A DNA stretch of 63,062 nucleotides from Eubacteriales bacterium (GCA_045532575.1 JAZSGE010000148.1:1-63062); one strand, 5' to 3'; shown: positions 1 through 7,934, counted from the stretch's first letter. Numbers and translations: made by a program. The notes: generated by a model from the sequence alone, not told the origin.

Positions 1-50
1 GAGCGGTTTGCCGCTCCCGACCGCGCTCCGCAAGGAGCGCGGTTCGATAA
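1..50 (+). repeat. Repeat unit A, copy 1 (two hairpins: gagcgg-tttg-ccgctc and cgcgctcc-GCAA-ggagcgcg)
   Basis: 50/50 identical to 162-211. The second hairpin is capped by a GNRA-type GCAA loop. Confidence 0.9.
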
Positions 51-99
51 CCGAGCCAAGGCGAGTCGGTGAGCTTGCTCACCAGCGAGGCGGCGAAGG

Positions 100-161
100 T
101 TGCTCCCAAGGGGAGCAGAGTTCGAAGGCACCCCCTGTGGGTGCCTTTTTCTGTGGCGAAG
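100..161 (+). repeat. Repeat unit C, copy 1 (hairpin tgctccc/gggagca plus a terminator-like hairpin)
   Basis: Aligns with 366-428 with two substitutions (one in the terminator loop) and one 1-nt indel. Confidence 0.9.
127..150 (+). terminator. Intrinsic-terminator-like hairpin inside repeat C copy 1
   Basis: ggcaccc-cctgt-gggtgcc followed by TTTTT. Confidence 0.6.
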
Positions 162-211
162 GAGCGGTTTGCCGCTCCCGACCGCGCTCCGCAAGGAGCG
201 CGGTTCGATAA
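162..211 (+). repeat. Repeat unit A, copy 2
   Basis: Identical to 1-50. Confidence 0.9.
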
Positions 212-365
212 TCAAGCGGAGCCGAGTCTGTGCTTGCACAAGCGAGCGAGCGAAGATTGCTCTGCAAGCGTTGCGGTATCACCGCAATATAGCGCGTAGC
301 GCCAAAAGCCTCAGGCTTTTGGGCTTGCGATGGAGTATAGTTCGATCTTGGTATTGAACTGCCGG

Positions 366-428
366 TTGCTCCCAAGGGGAGCAGAGTTCAAAGGCACCCC
401 TTGTGGGTGCCTTTTTCTGTGGCGGAGG
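366..428 (+). repeat. Repeat unit C, copy 2
   Basis: See 100-161. Confidence 0.9.
383..406 (+). terminator. Intrinsic-terminator-like hairpin inside repeat C copy 2
   Basis: ggcaccc-cttgt-gggtgcc followed by TTTTT. Confidence 0.6.
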
Positions 429-442
429 GAGCGGTTTGATAA
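429..442 (+). repeat. Repeat unit A, truncated copy 3 (internal deletion between gcggtt direct repeats)
   Basis: gagcggtttgataa equals the first 10 nt of unit A joined to its last 4 nt. The deleted segment is flanked by gcggtt(t/c)g in the full copies. Confidence 0.7.
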
Positions 443-489
443 TCGGATTTTGACATCCTTAAATGGTATTGACAACTTTTTTCTTTCGG

Positions 490-519
490 TTGACATTCCC
501 GAAGCGGTTGTGATACAAT
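490..519 (+). promoter_or_regulatory. sigmaA-type promoter for the GDPD gene
   Basis: TTGACA (490-495), 18-nt spacer, TGaTACAAT extended -10 (511-519). Two further TTGACA hexamers at 450-455 and 469-474 lack a -10. Confidence 0.6.
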
Positions 520-563
520 GAGGATACCTACGGGAAACCTCATAAAACCGCAAGGAGGCTTTT

Positions 564-1289
564 ATGAAATATCGCTCTCACCGCGGCGGTGTCTATTACA
601 CCCCCGAGAACACGATGCCCGCCTTTCGCTATGCCTTGGACGCCGGCTATGCCTATATCGAGACCGATCCTCGCTTGACGCTTGACGGCAAGGTCGTCCT
701 GATGCACGATTATGCGATCAACCGTACCTGCCGTAATGCCGATGGCTCGAAGATCGCAGAGCCACGAAAGGTGGCCGAGCTTACCTATGAGGAGCTCATG
801 CAGTACGATGCCGGTATTGCTATGGGTGAAGAATTTCGCGGAACACGCATCCCGCTCCTTGACGAGCTCTTGCAGCTGGCGGAGGGACGTGACATCACTA
901 TCGCCCTTGACAAAGGGGTGCTGACAGAAAACGTCGATGCCCTCCTTGACGTCGTTGAGAGGCACAAGGCCAAGGTCAGCTTCAGTGTGTCGACCGTTGA
1001 CCGCATCGAGCGGATCCAAGCGAGATTCCCCGACGCGTCTTTTGATTTTGATGTCAACACGGAGGAAGAGATGCTTGAGACGATCTGCCGGATGATAAAG
1101 CCTGAAAATCTAACTATTTGGCTGTATCTCGACAAGCCGAATTTCTCTTGGCTCGATCAAAAAGCAAAGGCTACGCCGGAAAATATTGAACGTGTCCGCC
1201 GCTTTGGGCGCCTTGGCATCGCCAATGTCAACAATGCGATCGACGTCAAGGAGGCCTTGGAGATCGGCCCCGATATTCTTGAGGTCTGA
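564..1289 (+). CDS. Glycerophosphodiester phosphodiesterase (GDPD family)
   Basis: 241 aa. HRGG..PENT..F, IETD and VLMHD motifs are typical of the GDPD fold. AGGAGG lies 5 nt upstream of the ATG. Confidence 0.8.
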   Translation: MKYRSHRGGVYYTPENTMPAFRYALDAGYAYIETDPRLTLDGKVVLMHDYAINRTCRNADGSKIAEPRKVAELTYEELMQYDAGIAMGEEFRGTRIPLLDELLQLAEGRDITIALDKGVLTENVDALLDVVERHKAKVSFSVSTVDRIERIQARFPDASFDFDVNTEEEMLETICRMIKPENLTIWLYLDKPNFSWLDQKAKATPENIERVRRFGRLGIANVNNAIDVKEALEIGPDILEV

Positions 1290-1316
1290 TCCTTTGCAAA
1301 GCACCGAACAAGGAGA

Positions 1317-2315
1317 GTGGATATGATCCGCATCACTTCACCCGAGGCTTACAGTACCGTTCCGATCCAGACATCGGTGCAGAAGCAATTTTTGGATACC
1401 GACCGCTCAACGGTAGAGGATGCCTCCTCATACGCATGGCTTTCGCTCGAATTCAAGACTCAGCGCGATCGCTCGATCGGTGCCGGCACGATGGTCACAT
1501 GGGAGCCGCAATGCGCTGCAACGGTGGAGATCTCGGAGACCGAGGATTTCTCTGCCCCCGTTACACTTTCGGGGGACGGCGAGTGCTTCCTCAGCTTTCT
1601 CAAGATCGCCACACGCTATTATGTGCGCGTAAGGACAGCGGACGAATGCTCGGATACGCTCACCTTTACGACCGAGGATCGCGCCCCGCGCTTTCTTACC
1701 GTGGAGGGCGCTACCAACGTCCGCGATTGCGGCGGATGGAAGACGGTGGACGGTCGCCGTGTCCGTCAGGGGCTCCTCTACCGTGGCTCCGAGATCGGTG
1801 GGCGCGTGAACGCGACCGAGAACGGCCTCTACATGCTCCGTCACATCCTTGGTGTCCGCTCGGTGCTTGACCTTCGCGGACCGACGGCCCAGCCCAAGGA
1901 CCCCTTTGGTAGCGAGTATTACCTGAATGTTCCCTTTTCGGCGTACAACAACGGCATTTATGCTACCGGCATTATGCGCGAGGTGTTCGCTTTCTTGGCG
2001 GATAAGCGCCATTATCCAATGTTTTTCCATTGCATGGGCGGCGCCGACCGCACGGGAACGGTCGCCTTTTTGGTGGATGCGCTCCTCGGCGTGCCGTTTG
2101 ATGACCTTGTGGACGATTTTGAGATCACCACGATGTCCCTTTGGGGTGTCCGCAGCAGGAATAGCCAAAGCTTCCGCGATCTTTTGGGGGCGCTCGCTCC
2201 GTACGGCGGCGAGGACCTCCGCGAGGGAGTCACGAACTATTTGCTCCATGCCGGCGTAACGCAGGAGGAGATCGAGACCATCAAGGAGATCTTCCTCGAG
2301 GATATAGAGACCTGA
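1317..2315 (+). CDS. Tyrosine/dual-specificity-type phosphatase with an N-terminal FN3-like beta module
   Basis: 332 aa. HCMGGADRTG is a CX5R P-loop. The N-terminal ~130 aa are beta-rich (YYVRVRT). AAGGAG RBS. The start could be GTG 1317 or ATG 1323. Confidence 0.7.
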   Translation: MDMIRITSPEAYSTVPIQTSVQKQFLDTDRSTVEDASSYAWLSLEFKTQRDRSIGAGTMVTWEPQCAATVEISETEDFSAPVTLSGDGECFLSFLKIATRYYVRVRTADECSDTLTFTTEDRAPRFLTVEGATNVRDCGGWKTVDGRRVRQGLLYRGSEIGGRVNATENGLYMLRHILGVRSVLDLRGPTAQPKDPFGSEYYLNVPFSAYNNGIYATGIMREVFAFLADKRHYPMFFHCMGGADRTGTVAFLVDALLGVPFDDLVDDFEITTMSLWGVRSRNSQSFRDLLGALAPYGGEDLREGVTNYLLHAGVTQEEIETIKEIFLEDIET

Positions 2316-2375
2316 CTCTTACGCTCTCCTTTTTAGAATAACACCCCCGAGCTGCGAGCAAACTAATAGCAGAGA

Positions 2376-2405
2376 AAAAGCGCCCTTTTTCGGGCGCTCT
2401 TTTTC
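2376..2405 (+). terminator. Intrinsic terminator after the phosphatase gene
   Basis: agcgccc-tttttc-gggcgct followed by CTTTTT. Confidence 0.75.
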
Positions 2406-2442
2406 TGTGGAGAGCGGGAGTTTTTTTGGAGCATGCTGCATC

Positions 2443-2471
2443 TTGCTTTTTTTGTCGAGGTGTGCTATAAT
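2443..2471 (+). promoter_or_regulatory. sigmaA-type promoter for the VTT-acyltransferase fusion gene
   Basis: TTGCTT, 17 nt, TGcTATAAT. The 5' UTR contains the hairpin cgcatgcc-ttt-ggcatgcg (2510-2528) abutting the RBS. Confidence 0.6.
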
Positions 2472-2544
2472 AAAGCGACATTCGTATGTTAATTCACCCC
2501 GTTCCCTTCCGCATGCCTTTGGCATGCGAGGTTAGGAGTATATT

Positions 2545-4452
2545 TTGGAAAACACAAAAAGCAGTAAGCATCTGAAGATTTGGACGATTCTTGTTTCGGT
2601 CGCGTTGATCATCGGGGTCTTCATCTTCCTCTTTGCCGGCGAGAACTTTGACGTCCTTAAAGTTCTACTTAACGAAAACAGCGACAAGGATGCGATCAAG
2701 GAGTCCCTTTCCTCGCTGGGGATCCGTGGCTATATCGCCATTGCCTTTATGTCGATGCTTCAGGTGGTATTCACCTTCCTCCCGGCAGAGCCTGTGCAGG
2801 TTCTTTCGGGGATCGCCTTTGGCTTCCAAAGCGGTATTTTCCTCTGCTTCTGCGGCGTTGTCGCCGGGAATACGGTTATCTATATCCTATATCGCATTTT
2901 CGGGCAGAAGCTGACCGAGTATTTTAGGAATAATACCGAGTTTGACTTTGATAAGGCGCGTTCCTCGGGCAAGGTCACGCTGATCATCTTCATCCTTTAC
3001 TTCCTTCCCGCGATCCCCTATGGCCTTATTTGCTTCTTTGCCTCCTCCTTGGGGCTTAAATTCCATAAATATATTACGGTGACCTCCCTTTGCTCGATCC
3101 CCTCCATTATGATCGGTGTCGGCCTTGGGCATGTGGCCATTGCCTCGAGCTTTATGGTGTCGCTCTTGGTGTTTGCCGTCCTTTTGACGGTGCTCGGCAT
3201 TATGTGGCAACAAAAGACAAAGGTGTTCAAGCTTGTTAACGATTATGTGGAGCGCGCCGCCAAGAAGGCACGCATCCCGAAACGGCCCAACCGCTTTGTG
3301 CTCTTTGTCCTGATGCTCGGCAGCCGTTTGATCTTCGACACCAGGATCAAGGTCAAGCTCAAGAACAATGTCGGTCGCCTGCAACGCCCGGCGATCGTGC
3401 TTTGCAACCACGGCTCCTTTGTGGATTTCGTCTATGCCGGCCGTCTTTTGCGCCGCGAAAGACCCAACTTCATTACCGCCCGTCTCTACTTCTACCACAA
3501 GCGCCTCGGTAAGCTCCTGACCCTTCTCGGGTGCATTCCGAAAAGCATGTTCTCGGCCGATCTCGAGAATGCCAAAAAGTGCTTGCGGGTGCTTCAGAAC
3601 AAGGGTATTCTCGCTATGATGCCGGAGGCGCGCCTTTCGACCGTCGGTCGCTTTGAGGGTATCCAGGACTCCACCTATTCCTTCATTGCGCGCTCAAACG
3701 TAGCGGTATACACCATCCGCCTTCGCGGTGACTATTTCAGCGATCCCAAGTGGGGGAACGGCGTTCGTCGCGGTGGGATGATCGAGGGCTCGCTTGATCT
3801 TCTCTTTAACCCGGGTGAGGCTGCTGCGCTTGCGCCTGAGGAGTTAAAGAGCCGTATTGATGCCGCACTCACCTACGATGAATTCGAATGGATCAAGGAT
3901 AAGCCCGAGATCGCCTTCCACTCGCATCGACTGGCCGAGGGGCTTGAAAACATTCTCTGCCTTTGCCCCCGTTGCGGTGCTTACTGCTCGATCGGAACGC
4001 TCGGGCAGGATCTTGCCTGTACCTCGTGCGGGCTCCAGACGTCGCTTTCCGGGCGCTACGACCTTTCGGAGGAGGCACCCTTCCCGAATTTTGCCGAGTG
4101 GTATCAATGGCAGACCGATGAATTCCGCCGTAGGATCGAGGCTGATCCCGACTTCAGGCTCGAGGCGTATGTCGAGCTTCGGCATTCCTCACAAAACGGC
4201 AAGCGCATGACCCGCTATGCGGGTGACGGCCACTGTGTGCTCGATCGGAGCGGCCTTACCTACCGTGGAACGCGTGACGGTGAAACGATCGAAAAGCACT
4301 TCCCCATGTCGCAGATCTACCGCCTTCTCTTCGGTGCCGGCGAGGACTTTGAGATCTATGAGGGGAAGGAGATCTGGTATTTTGTCCCCGAGGACAAGCG
4401 TTGCTGCGTAGCCTTCTATATCGTGAGCGGACTCCTATCTCCTTTGGAATGA
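2545..4452 (+). CDS. Fusion protein: TVP38/TMEM64 (VTT/DedA-like) membrane domain + PlsC-type acyltransferase + C-terminal CxxC..CxxC zinc-ribbon region
   Basis: 635 aa with a TTG start after AGGAG. The N-terminal ~230 aa are multi-TM with a SNARE-assoc-like pattern. NHGSFVD is the HX4D acyltransferase motif, and MPEARLS resembles block III. CPRCGAYC..CTSCG is the zinc-ribbon element. Confidence 0.7.
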   Translation: MENTKSSKHLKIWTILVSVALIIGVFIFLFAGENFDVLKVLLNENSDKDAIKESLSSLGIRGYIAIAFMSMLQVVFTFLPAEPVQVLSGIAFGFQSGIFLCFCGVVAGNTVIYILYRIFGQKLTEYFRNNTEFDFDKARSSGKVTLIIFILYFLPAIPYGLICFFASSLGLKFHKYITVTSLCSIPSIMIGVGLGHVAIASSFMVSLLVFAVLLTVLGIMWQQKTKVFKLVNDYVERAAKKARIPKRPNRFVLFVLMLGSRLIFDTRIKVKLKNNVGRLQRPAIVLCNHGSFVDFVYAGRLLRRERPNFITARLYFYHKRLGKLLTLLGCIPKSMFSADLENAKKCLRVLQNKGILAMMPEARLSTVGRFEGIQDSTYSFIARSNVAVYTIRLRGDYFSDPKWGNGVRRGGMIEGSLDLLFNPGEAAALAPEELKSRIDAALTYDEFEWIKDKPEIAFHSHRLAEGLENILCLCPRCGAYCSIGTLGQDLACTSCGLQTSLSGRYDLSEEAPFPNFAEWYQWQTDEFRRRIEADPDFRLEAYVELRHSSQNGKRMTRYAGDGHCVLDRSGLTYRGTRDGETIEKHFPMSQIYRLLFGAGEDFEIYEGKEIWYFVPEDKRCCVAFYIVSGLLSPLE

Positions 4453-4463
4453 GGAAAGTAATT

Positions 4464-5915
4464 ATGATAACCTTTACAGAAAAAACCGAAACCCCGCGCT
4501 CCGAATCCTTTTCTCACATCGGGCGCAAATCCTTCTTCGTCGTGTTGGTCCTTTTGTCGGCGATCATCCTCTTCTCCGGCATTCTGACCTACATCGTCCC
4601 CCAAGGGCAGTATGAACGGGGCGAGGACGGAACGATCATCGACGGCACCTTCACTCAGGGGCAGGCGAAGGGCCTTCCGCTTTGGAAGATCCTGACAGCC
4701 CCCGTCCGTGTCTTTGCCTCGGAGGATGCCCTGACTCTCATTATGATCAGCCTTTTCCTGCTGATCATGAGCGGCATCTTCAATCTCCTTGAAAAGACCG
4801 ATGGCATCCGCATTATCATCGGGCGCACCGTCAAGCGCTTTTCCGAGCGCAAGGAGGCCGTTGTCGCCATCATGGTCTTCCTGTTTATGGCCTTCGGTAG
4901 CTTTTTCGGGATGTTTGAGGAGCTTGTGACCCTGCTTCCTCTCATCATCGTCTTTATGCTTTCGATGGGGTTTGACACGCTGACAGGGCTTGGTGTTTGT
5001 CTGATGGCCTCCTGCTTCGGCTTCTCTGCCGCCATTACCAATCCCTTTTCGGTCGGTATCGCGGCCGATCTCGCCGGCACCCGTGCCTTTGACGGTGTAT
5101 GGCTCCGCATTGTGTTCTTTGTGCTCGTCTACGGCGCCGTGGTGGCGTTTTTGCTCCTCCATATGCGGCGTATCGCCAAGGAGCCGACCCGTTCCCTGAC
5201 CTACGAGGCCGACTGTGAACGGCTCCGCACGCTGGATATCTCGGTCACCGAGGAAACTCCGAAGGAGCAGCGCGTTTTCCGCATCTACCTCGTCTTTTTC
5301 CTGGTGCAGCTGGTTGTGCTCGGGCTGATTGCGGGGATCCGGGCCATCTCGGGGCTCGCTATTCCCATCCTTTCGGTCAGCTTCCTTTTCGGGGGGATCC
5401 TTGCCGGCCTTTTGGTGTGTGAGCGAAAGAGCGATGTCTTCCGCCATATCGGCCAGGGTGCGGTCTCGATGCTTCCTGCCGTTGTGATGATCGCCTTCGC
5501 CTCCTCGGTGAAGCTCATCATGTCCGAAAGCGGTATTCTCGACACGGTCATGCACGGTGTCGTGCGGATGTTTGATGGAAAGAACAAGTTCCTTTGCATT
5601 ATTCTCTTCTACTTCCTGATCCTCTTTTTACAGGTCTTTATCGGCTCCTCCTCGGCTAAGATCATGCTGATCATGCCGATCATCCTGCCGATCGCCCAAA
5701 CGCTCGGTCTCTCGCCGACCATCGTTATCTTCACGTACTGCATTGCCGATGGCTTTACCGACATCATCCTGCCCACGAACCCCGTGCTCCTCATCGGCCT
5801 TTCGATGGCGAATGTTTCCTACGGTAAATGGGTCAAGTGGACGTGGAAATTCCAGCTACTTATCTTTGCGGCGACCATTCTCCTTCTGATGTTTGCCGTC
5901 ACCATTAACTATTGA
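4464..5915 (+). CDS. YfcC-family (DcuC/AbgT-like) membrane transporter
   Basis: Polytopic membrane protein. GAGGAAAG RBS lies 5 nt before ATG 4464. The track ORF from 4401 overlaps the upstream gene. Confidence 0.65.
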   Translation: MITFTEKTETPRSESFSHIGRKSFFVVLVLLSAIILFSGILTYIVPQGQYERGEDGTIIDGTFTQGQAKGLPLWKILTAPVRVFASEDALTLIMISLFLLIMSGIFNLLEKTDGIRIIIGRTVKRFSERKEAVVAIMVFLFMAFGSFFGMFEELVTLLPLIIVFMLSMGFDTLTGLGVCLMASCFGFSAAITNPFSVGIAADLAGTRAFDGVWLRIVFFVLVYGAVVAFLLLHMRRIAKEPTRSLTYEADCERLRTLDISVTEETPKEQRVFRIYLVFFLVQLVVLGLIAGIRAISGLAIPILSVSFLFGGILAGLLVCERKSDVFRHIGQGAVSMLPAVVMIAFASSVKLIMSESGILDTVMHGVVRMFDGKNKFLCIILFYFLILFLQVFIGSSSAKIMLIMPIILPIAQTLGLSPTIVIFTYCIADGFTDIILPTNPVLLIGLSMANVSYGKWVKWTWKFQLLIFAATILLLMFAVTINY

Positions 5916-5932
5916 TAGGAAAAGGAGCTCCT

Positions 5933-6367
5933 ATGAAAGCGCTGTGCTTTTTGCTCGCACTTCTCTTCACTGTCTCGTCTCTCTTTGGCTGTGACCTTTC
6001 GCATAAGCATTATACCGATGCTTACGGATACTGTGCCTCGTGTGAGACGGATACCGCCGTGGTGCTGACGGCGGGGGAGGATGGGGTGTACGCCTCAGGG
6101 ATGCGTAGCTATGGCCAGTATGACACCCCCTACTTCAAGTTCACCGCCGGCGGCGAAGCCGCGGTAAGGATCGAGGTCATTCCCGAGACCGCCGAGGTCT
6201 CGGCCGTGATCCTCTATACGAGAAAGTCTCCCTATGTTGCTTCCAAATACGACAAGGAAAATCCCGTGATCCTGTATGACTCGCCCCTTGAGGCAGAGGG
6301 CGAATACTTCATTCGCCTTGAGCTCAGTCGCCCGGGGACACTCAGCCTGCGTATCGTACCGCAGTAA
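5933..6367 (+). CDS. Small lipoprotein, unknown function
   Basis: MKALCFLLALLFTVSSLFGC is a signal peptide plus lipobox. AAGGAG RBS. The mature part is beta-rich. Confidence 0.6.
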   Translation: MKALCFLLALLFTVSSLFGCDLSHKHYTDAYGYCASCETDTAVVLTAGEDGVYASGMRSYGQYDTPYFKFTAGGEAAVRIEVIPETAEVSAVILYTRKSPYVASKYDKENPVILYDSPLEAEGEYFIRLELSRPGTLSLRIVPQ

Positions 6368-6420
6368 AAGACAGCCTCCTTTGGATGCCTGTCCTGAGCA
6401 GGCCGGCTCGGGAGGCGCAA

Positions 6421-6467
6421 TAAAAGACAAAGGACACCTACCTCTGTAGGTGTCCTTTGGTGTTTTT
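6421..6467. terminator. Bidirectional terminator between convergent genes
   Basis: aggacacctac-ctct-gtaggtgtcct, flanked by an A-rich run on one side and a T-rich run on the other. Confidence 0.8.
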
Positions 6468-7324
6468 TATCTGCGACCGCAGCCACAGCCACCCTCGGGC
6501 GAGCTGTCACCGCCACCGCCGACAAGATCAGCAAGCGAAGGCGGGCAGAACTCGTTGACCGGGAAGGCCATCTTGCGGAAGAGCGCGCAGGGATCGTCCT
6601 GCTCGTCACAGCGACACTCCTTTTCGGGAACGCAATAGTCGGCCGCGCTGATGAGATACTGCGCCGGGCGCTCAATGCGAATGACCGAAAAGATGCCGAT
6701 GGTAACGAGGAGACGGTTGGCGTTGTCGTTGTCCACCAGGGCGCCCGACACGGCCGAGCAGATGCCCTCGGGAATGTCACCACAGCAGCAAACACAGCAG
6801 CCGACGGGAGCGCAGGGCTCGACCACCGTTGCCGAAAGCAGGACGGGGTCTGCCACCTCAACGACGGCGATGGGGAGGTTTGTCGAGCTGTTGTCAAGGT
6901 TGCCGAGGTCGCAAGGGCCGATGGCCGGATCGCTACGATAAATGTTGACATTGCCAACGCTGCCGTACAAAATGACTCTCTTCTCGACAACGGCGATGCC
7001 GCTGAATTCCTGGTTCCTGCCAATGCCCATGCAGGCCTCAAGCTCGACCTTGATATAGAAGCGGACGGTCACCTGGTAGAAGCCACGGTTAAAGCGGACG
7101 GGATCTACGCCAACAAAGGTCCAAAGGATCTTGGCCCCCGTAGCGCGGACGGATGTGGTGTGATCGATGATCTCCTGCCCGAATTCGGTAAGATAGACGC
7201 GGACATCCTCATAGCAGTCCTTGTCACGGCAGGAGTCGAGCACGCGCAGGGTATCGATACAGACGGTGTCCCTCTCTCCCTGGCGATTGCAGGCGGAGAG
7301 GGGGGATCCTCTATTATCAGACAT
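6467..7324 (-). CDS. Cysteine-rich protein of unknown function (possible spore coat/exosporium-type structural protein)
   Basis: 285 aa with 20 Cys, including CCVCCC, and a C-terminal GGGGDSSPEGGCGCGRR. No signal peptide. Forms an operon with the upstream P-loop gene. Confidence 0.6.
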   Translation of the reverse strand: MSDNRGSPLSACNRQGERDTVCIDTLRVLDSCRDKDCYEDVRVYLTEFGQEIIDHTTSVRATGAKILWTFVGVDPVRFNRGFYQVTVRFYIKVELEACMGIGRNQEFSGIAVVEKRVILYGSVGNVNIYRSDPAIGPCDLGNLDNSSTNLPIAVVEVADPVLLSATVVEPCAPVGCCVCCCGDIPEGICSAVSGALVDNDNANRLLVTIGIFSVIRIERPAQYLISAADYCVPEKECRCDEQDDPCALFRKMAFPVNEFCPPSLADLVGGGGDSSPEGGCGCGRR

Positions 7325-7457
7325 GCGGTTTTCCCCCTATCATGGATGGTATCGAGATCACGGGTATCTCGCTATTAGAGTATGCAGAGTGGGGGCGGTT
7401 TGACCGCAGACAGGAAAGAAAACGATGGCGCCCCGGGGGGCGCCATCGGATCTGTGA

Positions 7458-7862
7458 TCAGAAGTATTTGCCAAGCGATGCCGGCAGCTCCTCGGGAGCC
7501 GCAGACACCGTCGCCGTAAAGTTGAAGTTCCCTTCGCCGGCAATGGCATCGATCTTCGCGAGGACCTCCTCAAAGGCCTCGAGGCTACCGCAGATGCGGA
7601 GCGTGGAATCAAGGAAAATATCGGTAATATCGTAGTTGCTGGCTGCCATGCCGGCCACAAAGCCGTACAGCGAAGCCGCATCGGTAATTTTATAAGAATC
7701 GGTATCGACAAGGCGAACCTTGTGAGTGATATCCTTGTTCAGGGTCTGCCCCTTTTCGATGCAGATGACGCATCCCTTGGAAGTGGCGACAGCGGCGTTG
7801 ACCTGCTCGATCAGCATCTTGGTCTTACCGGTGCCCTTTTTTCCAACAATCAATTTAACCAT
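7458..7862 (-). CDS. Small P-loop NTPase, unknown function
   Basis: 134 aa. GKKGTGKT is a Walker A motif at residues 7-14, and CVICIE is a Walker B-like strand. GGAGG RBS. Confidence 0.65.
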   Translation of the reverse strand: MVKLIVGKKGTGKTKMLIEQVNAAVATSKGCVICIEKGQTLNKDITHKVRLVDTDSYKITDAASLYGFVAGMAASNYDITDIFLDSTLRICGSLEAFEEVLAKIDAIAGEGNFNFTATVSAAPEELPASLGKYF

Positions 7863-7905
7863 ATGAACGTCCTCCTTGAGTATTGGGAGAATCTCCCTTG
7901 TCTAT

Positions 7906-7934
7906 ATGATACACTATTTTTGGGCGAATTGCAA
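7906..7934 (-). promoter_or_regulatory. Promoter for the P-loop / Cys-rich operon
   Basis: Minus strand: TTGCAA, 17 nt, TGtTATCAT. Confidence 0.5.

Larger units (their letters stand above)
1..445 (+). repeat. Tandem array of hairpin-dense repeat units (A-B-C / A-B'-C / truncated A), probably continuing upstream of the window
   Basis: The 50-nt unit A at 1-50 is identical to 162-211, and a truncated copy lies at 429-442. Unit C at 100-161 and 366-428 is about 95% identical. Almost every segment folds into a GC hairpin. No ORF here has an RBS or any coding logic. Confidence 0.85.

Noticed and set aside
38-130. tRNA-like GGTTCGA/AGTTCGAA T-loop-like motifs (also at 201-209, 338-346 and 376-384).
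   Set aside because: I could not build a cloverleaf (acceptor, D and anticodon arms) around any of them. The flanking stems do not have T-arm geometry.
1-445. Possible CRISPR array, given the identical 50-nt repeats.
   Set aside because: There are only 2.3 copies. The 'spacers' differ greatly in length (111 vs 217 nt) and are themselves homologous to each other. No cas genes are present.
8-553. Six overlapping 63-98-aa ORFs across the left-edge repeat region.
   Set aside because: They overlap each other in several frames and on both strands, lack RBSs, and are composed of the hairpin repeats. Sequence identity between copies is at the nucleotide and structure level, not frame-consistent.
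4401-4463. N-terminal extensions proposed by the ORF track. Also at 9409-10749, 13565-14503, 15298-16800, 16604-18037, 25054-26511, 27119-28441, 40413-41237, 45816-47132 and 49427-51982.
   Set aside because: The extended parts overlap upstream genes or promoters, are Arg/Pro/Ser-rich, and lack an RBS. Internal starts with Shine-Dalgarno motifs reproduce canonical N-termini.
6232-7041. 269-aa minus-strand ORF in another frame overlapping the Cys-rich gene.
   Set aside because: It is a Ser/Ala/Arg/Pro-rich shadow frame with no RBS. The Cys-rich frame has a proper start context and terminator.
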